From NCBI RefSeq assembly GCF_902713615.1, contig NW_024056036.1, forward strand, positions 124,001 through 188,000: DNA of 64,000 nt. Reading direction: 5' to 3'. Positions 9,622-22,060 of this stretch are shown here, one piece after another. How positions within the stretch are numbered: position 1 is the first letter of the stretch; the number at the start of each line of letters is the position of its first letter. Under the pieces are notes generated by a model. That model was not told the origin of the DNA. It was given only the letters and a program-made list of their open reading frames with translations, and searched no databases. Origin of the DNA: Scyliorhinus canicula. Its lineage: Eukaryota. A program made the translations under genes and the position numbers.

Positions 9622-12540
9622 TAAGAAAACAAAAAGGGACAGTCAATAGGGAATTAAAGGTGCTATATTTAAATGCCCGCAGTGTACGGAACAAGGTAGA
9701 TGAGCTTGTGGCCCAGATTGTGACTGGCAGGTATGATGTGGTAGGCATCACAGAGACGTGGTTGCAGGGGGTTCACGACTGGCAGTTAAACATCCAGGGA
9801 TTTACAACCTATCGAAAAGACAGAGAGGTGGGTAGAGGGGGCGGGGTTGCCTTGTTAATTAGAAATGAAATTAAATCAATAGCACTAAACGACATAGGGT
9901 CAGACGATGTGGAGTCTGTGTGGGTAGAGTTGAGGAACCACAAAGGCAAAAAAACCATAATGGGAGTTATGTACAGGCCTCCTGACAGTGGTCAGGACCA
10001 GGGGCACAAAATGCACCACGAAATAGAAAGGGCATGTCAGAAAGGCAAGGTCACAGTGATCATGGGGGACTTCAATATGCAGGTGGACTGGGTAAATAAT
10101 GTTGCCAGTGGACCCAAAGAAAGGGAATTCATTGAATGTTTACAGGATGGCTTTTTGGAACAGCTTGTGATGGAGCCCACGAGGGAACAGGCTATTCTGG
10201 ACTTAGTGTTATGTAATGAGCCAGAATTGATAAAAGACCTTAAAGTAAGGGAACACTTAGGAAGCAGTGATCATAATATGGTAGAATTCAGTCTGCAATT
10301 TGAAAGAAAGAAGGTAGAATCAGATGTAAAGGTTTTACAGTTAAATAAAGGTAATTACAGGCGCATGAGGGAGGAACTGACGAAAATCGACTGGAAGCAG
10401 AGCCTAGTGGGAAAGACAGTAGAACAGCAATGGCAGGAGTTTCTGGGAGTAATTGAGGACACAGTGCAGAGGTTCAATCCAAAGAAAAGAAAGGTTATCA
10501 GAGGGAGGATTAGGCAGCCATGGCTGACAAAGGAAGTCAGGGAATGCATCAAGGCAAAAGAGAGAGCCTATAATGTGGCAAAGAGTAGTGGGAAGTCAGA
10601 AGATTGGGAAGGCTACAAAAACAAACAGAGGATAACAAAGAGAGAAATAAGGAAGGAGAGGATCAAATATGAAGGTAGGCTAGCCAGTAACATTAGGAAT
10701 GATAGTAAAAGTTTCTTTAAATACATTAAAAACAAACGGGAGGCAAAAGTAGACATTGGGCCGCTCCAAAATGACGCTGGTAATCTAGTGATGGGAGACA
10801 AGGGAATAGCTGAGGAACTTAATAAGTACTTTGCGTCAGTCTTCACAGTAGAAGACATGAGTAATATCCCAACAATTCAGGAAAGTCAGGGGGCAGAGTT
10901 GAATATGGTTGCCATCGCAAAGGAGAAGGTGCTAGAGAAACTAAAAGGTCTGAAAATTGATAAATCTCCGGGCCCAGATGGGCTACATCCTAGAGTTCTA
11001 AAGGAGATAGCTGAAGAAATAGTGGAGGCGTTAGTTATGATCTTTCAAAAGTCACTGGAATCAGGGAAAGTCCCAGAGGATTGGAAAATCGCTGTTGTAA
11101 CCCCCCTGTTCAAGAAGGGAACAAGAAAAAAGATGGAAAATTATAGGCCAATTAGCCTAACCTCGGTTGTTGGCAAAATTCTAGAATCCATCGTTAAGGA
11201 TGAGATTTCTAAATTCTTGGAAGTGCAGGGTCGGATTAGGACAAGTCAGCATGGATTTAGTAAGGGGAGGTCGTGCCTGACAAACCTGTTAGAGTTCTTT
11301 GAAGAGATAGCAAACAGGTTAGACCAAGGAGAGCCAATGGATGTTATCTATCTTGACTTCCAAAAGGCCTTTGACAAGGTGCCTCACGGGAGACTGCTGA
11401 GTAAAATAAGGGCCCATGGTATTCGAGGCAAGGTACTAACATGGATTGACGATTGGCTGTCAGACAGAAGGCAGAGAGTTGGGATAAAAGGTTCTTTTTC
11501 GGAATGGCAACCGGTGACAAGTGGTGTCCCGCAGGGTTCAGTGTTGGGGCCACAGCTGTTCTCTTTATATATTAACGATCTAGATGACGGGACTGGGGGC
11601 ATTCTGGCCAAGTTTGCCGATGATACAAAGATAGGTGGAGGGGCAGGCAGTATTGAGGAGGTGGGGAGGCTGCAGAAAGATTTAGACAGTTTAGGAGAAT
11701 GGTCCCAGAAGTGGCTGATGAAATTCAACGTGGGCAAGTGCGAGGTCTTGCACTTTGGAAAAAAGAATAGAGGCATGGACTATTTTCTAAACGGTGACAA
11801 AATTCATAATGCTAAAGTGCAAAGGGACTTGGGAGTCCTAGTCCAGGATTCTCTAAAGGTAAACTTGCAGGTTGAGTCCGTAATTAAAAAAGCAAATGTA
11901 ATGTTGTCATTTATCTCAAGAGGCTTGGAATATAAAAGCAGGGATGTACTTCTGAGGCGTTATAAAGCACTAGTTAGGCCCCATTTAGAATACTGTGAGC
12001 AATTTTGGGCCCCATACCTCAGGAAGGACATACTGGCACTGGAGCGGGTCCAGCAGAGATTCACACGGATGATCCCAGGAATGGTAGGCCTAACATACGA
12101 TGAACGTCTGAGGATCGTGGGATTATATTCATTGGAGTTTAGGAGGTTGAGGGGAGATCTAATAGAAACGTACAAGATAACGAATGGCTTGGATAGGATG
12201 GACGTAGGGAAGTTGTTTCCATTAGCAGGGGAGACTAGGACGCGGGGGCACAGCCTTAGAATAAAAGGGAGTCACTTTAGAACAGAGATGAGGAGAAATT
12301 TCTTCAGCCAGAGAGTGGTAGGTCTGTGGAATTCATTGCCACAGAGGGCGGTGGAGGCCGGGACGTTGAGTGTCTTTAAGACAGAAATTGATAAATTCTT
12401 GATTTCTCGAGGAATTAAGGGCTATGGGGAGAGAGCGGGTAAATGGAGTTGAAATCAACCATGATTGAATGGTGGAGTGGACTCGATGGGCCGAATGGCC
12501 TTACTTCCACTCCTATGTCTTATGGTCTTATGGTCTTATA
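9622..12540 (+). mobile_element. CR1-clade (HER1-like) LINE, 5'-truncated, ORF2 uninterrupted (9660-12452)
   Basis: 930-aa ORF: APE endonuclease (YLNARS, ITETW, GDFN, SDH) and RT (PQGSVLGP, FADD); (TTATGGTC)n tail at 12515-12540; no ORF1, no ATG at ORF start. Confidence 0.95.
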
Positions 12541-12627
12541 TAAGGTAGTCTGGCGGCATTTGTCGACAGGACAGCAAAGTTCGTCTTTCACCATCACCTT
12601 TCATTAAAACCGGGACAGGTTAGAAAT

Positions 12628-12907
12628 CAGAAGGGGGTTCAGTACAGTTAGATTGCGGATATCCAGACAGGACCATGTACCACATGCTATGGTATCAGCA
12701 AAAGCCGGCACAGCCGCCGAGATTGGTCATCATTAACATATTGACGATGAAGAAAGAGGAGATCTCAGGACGATAACTGGCGGCTGCCAACAAGTCTAAA
12801 AAGAATGGTCACCTCAATATAAACGCGCTCAGTGTGGAGGATGGAGCGGTCTATTACTGTGCAATGAGCAGAGTGTCACAAAGCAGCTACAACCACGTAC
12901 GGAAGCC
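12628..12907 (+). pseudogene. 5'-truncated V pseudogene
   Basis: Paralog of 8001-8271; in-frame TAA in FR3 (GGA CGA TAA); RSS CAGAGTG-23-ACGGAAGCC (heptamer mutated). Confidence 0.85.
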
Positions 12908-13472
12908 TCAGAGAGTATTTTCAATTCCAGTAAATTTGCGTTCCTGCCCTTGTACCGGAGGATGGTTTGATCGGATTCAGAAAAATACTCAGGTCTATTT
13001 CTCCACAATTGCATTGCCGTCTCTGTCCTTGTATAGGTCAATAGAGGAGCCGTTTCGGATTCGTGAGATTAATCAGCATGTCGCGATGCACAGTAAATTT
13101 AAGCTTGGAATATCCACTTCCGAGCAGCAGTAATGAAAGTTCTCAATGTGGGGATAATAAAATCTTTCAGGACCGTTAACTTAGGTCGACCTTATGCCAA
13201 TGAGTCTGAGCCCCTAGTAGTCTTCAGCGGAACATCGACTTTCTGATCGAAAATACATCAAACCTATGTTGACACTTCCTGCTTTCTGTTATGGAGGTTC
13301 CCAGATAAGGGACGTGTTTCAAAGAAAGTGTGGTGCTGTCCAAGTGAGTTCTGTAAAATCCACGGGCCTGTGATGATTCCACGTCTCACAAACGTCCAAG
13401 CCCGCGGGACCATGTGTACGCTCCTTCCAGATATTTTCACACTGCCTCAGGGGACCCTGTGATCCTGTTGTC

Positions 13473-13529
<57 letters not shown>

Positions 13530-13546
13530 GATCCCACCCAGAGACG
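13473..13546 (+). tRNA. tRNA-Asn(GTT)
   Basis: GTCTCCGTGGCGCAATCGGTTAGCGCGTTCGGCTGTTAACCGAAAGGTTGGTGGTTCGATCCCACCCAGAGACG; one C6:A67 mismatch. Confidence 0.9.
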
Positions 13547-13759
13547 AATTGTTGTTCCACTCCTGGATGATATGTTTTTACGGGTGTTTAGGACAGGGCT
13601 AAATCGCTGGCTTTGAAAGCAGGCCAAGCAGGCCAGCAGCACAGTTCGATTCCCGTAACAGCCTCCCCGAACAGGCGCCGGAATGTGACGACTATGGGAT
13701 TTTCAGTGCAACTTCATTTGAAGACGACTCGTGACAATAAGCGATTTTCCTGTTCTGAT

Positions 13760-13898
13760 AACACGTACCGTGCACCGGCTGTGGCATGGAGTTGCCTCTA
13801 TTGCTGTAATATCCTTCATAGCGCCGAGCTGGGGAATAGCTCAACGATGCTGTGTCTCCCTCGATAACTCAGGAGATTGTGACACCTCCTCACGGACC
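13760..13898 (-). pseudogene. V-exon 5' relic (inverted copy of 6928-7075)
   Basis: Reverse complement GAGGTGTCACAATCTCCTGAGTTATCGAGGGAGACAC. Confidence 0.55.
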
Positions 13899-14168
13899 TG
13901 CTAAGAGACGAATGTTGAGCAGGAGTTGGCTATTCATCCCCTTGAGCCTTCTCCAACATTCAAAAAGTTCGTGACAGATGCGAACGTGACCTCAGATTCA
14001 CATTTCACCTACCCCGGCTAACCTTTGATTACCTTTTCAGTTGAGAATCCAACCACATCTGTCTTAAAATCTTCAATGGGCCTATCTCAGCGGTCTCTGG
14101 AGAAGAATCCCTCAGAAAAAAAGCCCAAAGATCTACATAACCGGGCCGGGTCGAGCAGTATCTCTGGC

Positions 14169-14339
14169 CATGATGTGGAGATGCCGGCGCTGGACTGGGG
14201 TGAGCACAGTAAGAAGTCTTACAACACCAGGTTAAATGATTCTGTTTTGTGATTCACCTGAGGAAGGAGCTGCCCTCCGAAAGCTCGTGTTTGAAACAAA
14301 CCTGTTGGACTTTAACCTGGTGTTGTAAGACGTCTTACT
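14169..14339 (+). mobile_element. 171-bp hammerhead mini-element (core 14253-14289)
   Basis: TSD GTATCTCTGGC on both sides; CTGAGGA..GAAAGCTC core; one stem II mismatch; ~30-bp inverted arms flank the core. Confidence 0.75.
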
Positions 14340-14350
14340 GTATCTCTGGC

Positions 14351-14869
14351 AGCAGCGCATCCCTTCCCGATGAACTTAATGCATTCTATGCTGGGTTTGA
14401 GCAGGTAACCAACAATCCACTGTCGAGTGCCCCAGCAGCCCTTAATTCACCCATACCCACCATCACAGTTTCCGAAGTCAGATCGGCCTTCCTGAAAGTG
14501 AAGTGGAGGTGAGGTATTCACAGACATCTTTAACCTATTCCTACTCCACTCCGAAGTACCCACCTGCTTCAAGAAGACCACCATCATACCGGTACCAAAG
14601 AAGAACGAGGCAGCATGCCTCAATGACTACCCTCCGGCGGCCCTGACGTCAGTTGTAATGAAGTGCTTCCAGAGGCTGATCATGAAGCGCATCACCTCCA
14701 TACTCCTAGAGCGCCTTGACCCACTTCAATTCGCATACCGTCACAACCGGTCAACATTAGACGGCATTTCCCTGGCCCTACACTCATCCCAAGAGCATCT
14801 CGAAAACAAGGACACCTACATCAGACTCCTATTTATTGACTACAGCTCCACCTTCAACACCATAATCCC
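14351..14869 (+). mobile_element. Rex1/Babar LINE RT fragment
   Basis: [45 protein letters not shown]. Confidence 0.8.
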
Positions 14870-14901
14870 AAAAATCGCGGGTTCGGATCCCGCCCGTGCC
14901 T
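14868..14901 (+). pseudogene. 3' half of tRNA-Thr(CGT) fused to the LINE fragment
   Basis: CCAAAAATCGCGGGTTCGGATCCCGCCCGTGCCT; junction microhomology CCA. Confidence 0.7.
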
Positions 14902-15381
14902 CGGTGCTGATCCATTCAAAGTCCTCTGTAACGTTTCATTGTCTCGCAAACACTTGCAGCATGAAATATCAGCCACCTATTTTCTTCATAGGACATTTCA
15001 CCTTCAGCTAATGAAAATAATTCCAGACAATTTGGTCTCGGAAAAAAGCGATGTTCAGAGCAGTTCCCCTTTTGCACCTTCTTCGTCAGAACCAAAATAA
15101 AGAAAACTAGTCTGTTGAGCCCTGCTATTATTCTGAGTTCTAACCTCCGCATGTCCACCAAACATTCTTTCGACTTCGTCCTAAGGTGTGAACCGAGAAC
15201 TCCAGGGATGATTTGCACAGATTAAGCATCGTTTTTTGATTAGAAACACCTATAGTGACAAAGATAGTTTATAAACAGCTGAAATATAGATTTCTGTCTA
15301 GGTTTCCCGTCCTGATATGCATTGGAGTCAACACTGAATCCACTCAACAGCCGAATTCTAACACGGAGTAAACCGAATCCG

Positions 15382-15395
15382 GCAGCAGAGGGCGC
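15382..15395 (+). promoter_or_regulatory. Putative CTCF-binding element (promoter type)
   Basis: GCAGCAGAGGGCGC, 173 bp upstream of ATG 15568. Confidence 0.65.
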
Positions 15396-15461
15396 CAAAT
15401 TCAAGCACGGGCGTCAGAAACTCACCTGATGGTTTCAGCCAAGCCGATAGGATGGGAGGCG

Positions 15462-15471
15462 AGTGATGTCA
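15462..15471 (+). promoter_or_regulatory. TCR V-promoter decamer AGTGATGTCA
   Basis: Exact decamer about 97 bp upstream of ATG. Confidence 0.7.
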
Positions 15472-15567
15472 CAATAGACCCTCTCCCTGCACTGCACTAA
15501 GTTCCCTCTCTCCTCCACAATCCCTGACTCAGTTAAGTCCAGTTCACTGGGAGAGATTCAGTCAGAC

Positions 15568-16316
15568 ATGTTAGTGATAATACTGGCGGCTTTGGCACAG
15601 TAAGTAGTTATAATGTTAATTAAACCAGATTAGCATATTAATACACATCGGCTGGAGTATAATTAACGATCGGGAATGTCTATGAAGTGCCTGCATCAGA
15701 GGTCCCAGAAAATGCCGCAGATACAAGCAAATTTGTATCAAATCTGTTTAAACTCAGGGCGGCACGGTGGCGCAATGGTTGGCACTGCTGCCTCATTGCA
15801 TTGAGGACAAGGGTTCGATCCCGGTCCCAGATCACTGTCCGTGTGGTGTTTGAACATTCTCACTCCCACAACCTAGATGTACAGGCTCAGTGGACTAGCG
15901 ACGCTAAAAAGCACCTCCTAATTGAACAAACTTAAACTTTATAAAGGAACAACAATCTGTTCATTTCAGTCCTTCGCTTTCGCAGGCCGGCAATGTTCAA
16001 TCCAGTAGCTCAGTCACCAGTGACAATAACAGTTTCAGAAGGGGCTTCGGTGAAGTTAAATTGCCAATATAAAGGCCCCAACAAGTACAAAATGCAATGA
16101 TATCAGGAGAAACCGGCACAGCCACCGAGATGGATTATCACCAACAAGTCAGCAATGAAGAAAGATGTGGGTTCAGGACGATATCTGGCGTTTGCTGACA
16201 AATCTAAACAGAACGGTTACCTCAGTATAAGCGCATTCGATGTGGAGGATGGGGAGGTCTATTACTGCGTACTGAGAAACAGCGTTAGAGAAAACCTAAA
16301 GCCCCGTACACAACCC
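15568..16316 (+). pseudogene. TCR V pseudogene (leader 15568-15599, V exon 15986-16277, RSS 16278-16316)
   Basis: Leader 2 nt shorter than the 5199 paralog; TGA at conserved Trp; RSS AACAGCG-23-ACACAAACC; SINE in intron. Confidence 0.85.
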
Positions 16317-16760
16317 TGAGTGAGTGTTTACAGCATCACTGAGGTTCCTTTCCGAGAAGGAATTGATCCCAGGCTCAGGCAAGCAATCAGGTCTATTTAC
16401 CGGACATGTCTCTGTCCTTGTGTAGATCAAGAGAGGAATAGTTTGGGAAATCGTGAGAGCTATGGTTGAAAATATCAGCCATGATTGAATGGCAGAGCGG
16501 ACTCGATGGGCCAAGTGACCTAATTCTGCTCCTATGCCTAATAGTCTTATGGTCTTATTATGGTCTATCATACCGCAAATTGTATTGTAACTTTAAAACC
16601 AGAATATCTACCTACCGGCAGAGGGTGGCACTCAACTGAGGAGATGGACGAAAATCATGGCCTGCTCTTGCAGAAAGTCCAAGGACAAAGACCTGTTCTT
16701 TTAACGCAAAGCAGAATGGATAAATACATGCTGCGGTACAAAATGTACAAGGTACTTAAT

Positions 16761-17070
16761 GGGCGGCACTGTGGCTCAGTGGGTTGCTCTGCTGCCTCAT
16801 GCTCCTAGGACCCGCGTTCGATTCCCGGTTTGGTTCTCGATCTGTGCGGAGTCTGCACGTCCTCCCCGTGTCTACGTGGGTTTCCTCCGGGTGCTCCGGT
16901 TTCCTCACTCAAGTCCCGAAAAGACGTGTTGTTAGGTGAATTGGACATTCTGAATTCTCCCTCTGTGCACCTGAACAGGGGCCGGAGTGTGGTGACTCGG
17001 GAATTTTCACAGTAACTTAATTGCAGTGTTAATGTAAGCCTACTTATGACACTAGTGAAGATTATTATTA
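16761..17070 (+). mobile_element. HE1-like SINE
   Basis: Inverted paralog of 3690-3992. Confidence 0.7.
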
Positions 17071-17754
17071 CGACAATGTACGCTTAATGTATAATAACCG
17101 CCGAGCAACATGAGAATTACTAACAGTTGGGACATGGGAAGCACATAGTGCCAGGTTTAGACTTTAATAGAAATCAATTTTTCGATCGAAAATACCTGAA
17201 ATTTCTGTTGACACGACATGTCTTCTGTTCGATTCCCACGCAGATCAGGGACATACTGCGCCCATTTATGTTATGAAGAGACGTTGCATAGTTTTGGGTG
17301 TACAGGATTATGAGGGGCATGGCAGGGTGGATAGGGAGCAGTTGTTCCCCTTAGTTGAAGGGTCAGTTACGGGGGGACACAAGTTCAAGGTGAGGGGCAG
17401 GAGGTTCTGGTGAATTTGAGGAAAATCTTATTTAGCCAGAGGATGGTGACTGTCTGGAGTAAACTACGTGGGAGGGTGGTAGAGGCAGTGTGCTCCACAT
17501 CCATTAAATAGTATCTGGCTGAACACACGGCACGTCTTCACATACAAGGTTATGGAACACGTGCTGGCAAATGAGGTCCTGTAGTTAGTCCTGTATTTTT
17601 CACATGCTGGTGCAGACTCGATTGACCGGAAGGCCTCATCTGAATTGCTTGGTTCTGTGCATCTGTGATTCTGAGTGCTATAACACTCCTGGCACTATAA
17701 TAATTCCGCGAGTGACAAACTTCCAGGATTTCTACGTACATATTTATGTCCAGG

Positions 17755-17924
17755 TATTGGCTGCCCAATTTTACTGGCCTTGTCTTTCACTGGCGTGTCA
17801 CTGGCAATCAGAGGAATGCATTTCTCTGCTGCAATAAAGCAAGATGTGATAATGTTGTGATAACAAGTACCGTGAGCCGGCTGCGGTATTGGGATCGCCA
17901 CACCATTGAAGGATACGGCCTGCT
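17755..17924 (-). pseudogene. V-exon relic (inverted copy of 2260-2430)
   Basis: Reverse complement ..AGRILQWCGDPN..FIAAEK. Confidence 0.55.
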
Positions 17925-17990
17925 GGACCTCTCGCAAATTCCGACAGCGAGACACCCAAAGCGAGAATCATACCCCTAGACCAACGCGCC
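17925..17990 (-). pseudogene. 3'-truncated intron-containing tRNA-Pro(TGG)
   Basis: Exon 1 + intron TGTCTCGCTGTCGGAATT + TGCGAGAGGTCC, then joined to the V relic. Confidence 0.75.
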
Positions 17991-18924
17991 CCGCGAAAAG
18001 AGCCAAACCATACTGTCATTGCCATCGAAAATCAATCTAACATCTGCGGAGAACGCCAAAAGTACTGCACCATCTCAGGTAGTCAGGCGGCATTTGTCGA
18101 CAGGACAACAATGTTCGTCTTTCACCATCACCTTTCATTAAAACCGGGACAGGTTAGAAATGTAGTACGTCTTAACCAATTGAACTCTCAGAGGGAGGAA
18201 ACAGAACAACAGGAAAGGGCTCTAATAGGGGGCAAGTCAGGAGAGATTAAACGAGAAGAGGCCTTGGCACCTGGCCACAGAGTTAGGTTAGCATCAAATC
18301 AGAGAATAATGACACCACAGTATGAGGCCATTCCGGCCGCCGTGTCTGTGCCAGCTCTCTGTTAGCGCAATGGAAGAAACAAAGAAACAAAAGATATGTC
18401 TGGAGGAGCTATCGATGGCAGATTGATCAACAACTACCGCCCGGACACAGAGAACAAGTGGAAACAAGATTGAAACCCAAATCTGCGATGTAAGGACACA
18501 CAAAATGGTTGCAGCATTTACAGTGTGAAACTGCTGAACACACACTGAGTGTGAAAATGGATTGAGCCCAGTGGAAAGATGCGCTGCTGTTCCTCGAGTG
18601 TCTGTTGAGCTTCTTTGGAACATTTCACGACGCCGAGGTCCGGGAGGTCAGCGTTAAGATGCAGCTCTCCAGTCAGTTCAATTCTCCACTTTGGCTGTGG
18701 ATTAGATGGGTCATGTCCCTGTGGTTAACACAGATCTGGAGCATCAATTTTATCCAAACGAACTCCAGCTCAGACACTGTCTCTCTCTCTCTCGAGCATC
18801 ATCTGTGGGGAGAGAAACGACGTAAACATACTGAGTCCTGAGAAATCTTTTTCAGAGTGGGGCAATGTAAATCAACCCCGCCGTCAGCATGGCAAACAAT
18901 TCATAATCTCTGACCTGGAGTAAA

Positions 18925-19014
18925 GGGCCTGCCCTGGATTTAAACCCACGACCACTCCCATAGGCATTGATTGAAAATCCCTAAACGAGAACCAGGCCTC
19001 GCGACCAAAGAGCA
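18925..19014 (-). pseudogene. Decayed tRNA-Pro(AGG) with 18-nt insert at 37/38
   Basis: Ungapped alignment to the vertebrate Pro body around TTAGGG / ATTTTCAATCAATGCCTA / TGGGAG. Confidence 0.7.
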
Positions 19015-19220
19015 CAAATTTAAGACCGACATTAAGCAAAATATAACTTATGTTAATTTCGATATAATTTCTACATCTCACGGCATTATATGTTGAGACA
19101 TTTGATAATTTAAGAAACAGCTGTCGCTTGCAACAAGGGACCTGGCCTCTCAAACAGACCATCAGAATCTGCAGGACCGCAGTGAGGTTGTACATTCCGC
19201 ACGTCCATTGATGGCCAGCG

Positions 19221-19293
19221 GTTTCTGTAGTGTAGTGGTTATCACATTCGCCTCACACGCGAACGGTCCCCGGTTCGAAACCGGGCAGAAACA
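19221..19293 (+). tRNA. tRNA-Val(CAC)
   Basis: GTTTCTGTAGTGTAGTGGTTATCACATTCGCCTCACACGCGAACGGTCCCCGGTTCGAAACCGGGCAGAAACA. Confidence 0.9.
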
Positions 19294-19589
19294 TCGAACA
19301 TTTAGCATTTCGTGTGAGAAAGGTTTGCACAATTATTGGGCACTAAATAATTCTGTTCCTGAATGTTGCCGGAATCTCGTGTGTTCCAGGACTATGAGAT
19401 TTTGTCTCACATGAGCCACTAAACTGAATTGAACATTAAGGCCCAAGCACGGAATTTTCGGCAGGCAATGAGAGGTGAAGAATTTTCGTATCTTGGCACA
19501 GCTCGGATATTAGCAGCTCGTTCATCCACAACAGAATTTCAGCGATTTACAAATGAACACATTTAATCACCATCTCAAACATGTCTAAA

Positions 19590-20150
19590 TGTGTGACAAA
19601 TGCAACTTACTGCGGATGCTTCAAACGGAAACAAAAACAGAAAATACTGGATAATCTCAGCAGGTCTGACAGCCTCTGGGGAGCGAAATGGCAGCTGTCG
19701 TTTCCAGTCAAGTGGACTCTTTGTCAAAGCTGGAGAACTGGAACTGGAGATTCAGACGATTGTGGGTGGGGGGTGGTGGTGGTGGAGTGCTGTATTGGGC
19801 CTCGATAGAGGGCTAGCAATAGGTGGGAAATGACGAAAATGTCTCGGGCAGAAAGAAAAAGGCAATGTAAATCAGGTTAATCAAGGCTATGAAAGGTGCT
19901 GATGGTGCATCAAGCGGTCAGAATGTGTTAATGGCAGAACAAAGGTAAGCAGTGCGTCAGAGAACAATTACAAACAGGGATCAGATTGCTGAAGTAGGAT
20001 GGTATGGGCTGGGGGGAGGTGGGCAATGCTGAGGGTAAAACATATCAATGGAAGGAATGATAAGTTGATGGAAACAACATGTGGTGGAGGGGGAAGTGAG
20101 AGTTCACAGTCTGAATTTGCTGAACTGATAAAATGAAAGGGACAGAGAGC
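19590..20150 (-). mobile_element. Penelope-like 3' remnant (copy)
   Basis: Inverted paralog of 8735-9290. Confidence 0.55.
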
Positions 20151-20342
20151 TGTCTGAGTCCACCAGAATTAGTCAATAGAAATGTGAATGCCCACACATT
20201 GACAAACTTCTCGGGAACGTATTGGTTCCATGCAGTTTGAACTCAGCTTCTCAAAGCAAACACAATGCGAATGAATCCCGCCGTCTCCGCCGCAAAGAAA
20301 TGAAGAAAACATGCGGTTTGACCAACGGAAAACCTCATCGAA

Positions 20343-20432
20343 GGGCTCGTCCGGGATTTGAACCCGGGATCTCTCGCAAATTCCGTCAGCGAGACACCCA
20401 AAGCGAGAATCATAACCCTAGACCAACGATCC
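20343..20432 (-). tRNA. Intron-containing tRNA-Pro(TGG), full length, 3 exon substitutions
   Basis: 72-nt exons + 18-nt intron TGTCTCGCTGACGGAATT; C3>A gives an acceptor-stem mismatch; B box intact. Confidence 0.8.
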
Positions 20433-21367
20433 CCGCGAAAAGAGCCAAAGCATACTGTAATTGCCATCGAAAATCAATCTAACATCTGCGGAGAACGCCA
20501 AAATTACTGCAACATCTCAGGGAGTCAGGCGGCATTTGTCGACAGGAGAACAAAGTTCGTCTTTCACCATCACCTTTCATTAAAACCGGGACAGGTTAGA
20601 AATGTGGTACGTCTTAACCAAGTGAATTACCGGAGGGAGGAAACAGAACAGCAGGAAAGGGCTCTAATAGGGGGCAAGTCAGGAGAGATTAAATGAGAAG
20701 AGGCCTTGGGTCCCTGGCCACAGAGTTAGGTTAGCATCAAATCAGAGAATAATGACACCACGGTATGAGGCCATTCCGGCCGCCGTGTCTGTGCCAGCTC
20801 TCTGTTAGCGCAATGGAAGAAACAAAGAAACAAAAGATATGTCTGGAGGAGCTATCGATGGCAGATTGATCAACAACTACCGCCCGGACACAAAGAACAA
20901 GTGGAAACAAGATTGAAACCCAAATCTGCGATGTAAGGACACACAAAATGGGTGCAGCATTTACAGTGTGAAACTGCTGAACACACACTGAGTGTGAAAG
21001 CTGTATTGAGTCCAGTGGAAAGATGCGCTGCTGTTCCTCGAGTGTCTGTTGAGCTTCTTTGGAACATTTCACGACTCCGAGGTCCGGGAGGTCAGCGTTA
21101 AGATCCAGCTCTCCAGTCAGTTCAATTCTCCACTTTGGCTCTGTGGATAGATGGGTCACGTCCCTGTGGTTAACACAGATCTGGAGCATCAATTTTATCC
21201 AAACGCACTCCAACTCAGACACTGTCTCTCTCTCTCGAGCATCATCTGTGGGGAGAGAAACGACGTAAACATACTGAGTCCTGAGAAATCTTTTTCAGAG
21301 TGGGGCAATGTAAATCAACCCCGCCGTCAGCATGGCAAACAATTCATAATCTCTGACCTGGAGTAAA

Positions 21368-21457
21368 GGGCTTGTCCTGGATTTAAACCCACGACCACTC
21401 CCATAGGCATTGATTGAAAATCCCTAAACGAGAACCAGACCTCGAGACCAAAGAGCA
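21368..21457 (-). pseudogene. Decayed tRNA-Pro(AGG) with 18-nt insert
   Basis: Paralog of 18925-19014, offset 2443 bp. Confidence 0.7.
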
Positions 21458-21618
21458 CAAATTTAAGACCGACAATAAGCAAAATATAACTTATGTTAAT
21501 TTCGATACCTTATGGTTTTATATGTTGAAACATCTGTTTTTTTTAAGAAACAGCTGTCGTCTTGGAATAAGTGACGTGGCCTCTCAGCCTCCCTGTTACA
21601 ATCTGCAGCAACACAGTG

Positions 21619-21945
21619 ACATAGAACATAGAACAGGCCCTTCGGCCCTCAATGTTGTGCCGAGCCATGATCACCCTACTCAAACCCACGTATCCACCCT
21701 ATACCCATAACCCTACAACCCCCCCTTAACCTTACTTTTATTAGGACACTACGGGCAATTTAGCATGGCCAATCCACCTAACCCGCACATCTTTGGACTG
21801 TGGGAGGAAACGGGAGCACCCGGAGGAAACCCACGCACACATGAGGAGGATGTGCAGACTCCACACAGACAGTGACCCAGCCGGGAATCGAACCTGGGAC
21901 CCTGGAGCTGTGAAGCATTTATGCTAACCACCATGCTACCCTGCT
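21619..21945 (-). mobile_element. Young full-length HE1-type SINE (tRNA head + CR1-derived tail)
   Basis: Near-identical to 37194-37535; ends in TTCTATGTTCTATG tail. Confidence 0.8.
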
Positions 21946-21987
21946 GTAATGACGTTGTACATTGTACACTTCCGTTGCTTGCCAGCT

Positions 21988-22060
21988 GTTTCTGTAGTGT
22001 ACTGGTTATCACATTCGCCTCACACGCGAAAGGTCCCCTTTTCAAAACCAGGCAGAAACA
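21988..22060 (+). tRNA. tRNA-Val(CAC), B box damaged
   Basis: Val body; T arm CCCCTTTTCAAAACCAGG instead of CCCCGGTTCGAAACCGGG. Confidence 0.7.

Larger units (their letters stand above)
12543..17926 (-). repeat. Inverted segmental duplicate of 2260-8356
   Basis: Mirror order of half-V, Asn, relic, hammerhead element, Rex1, Thr, pseudo-V, SINE. Confidence 0.9.

Noticed and set aside
18790-18860. HHLWGEKRRKHTES resembling a C2H2 zinc-finger linker
   Set aside because: No C-x2-C/H-x3-H periodicity and an immediate stop codon
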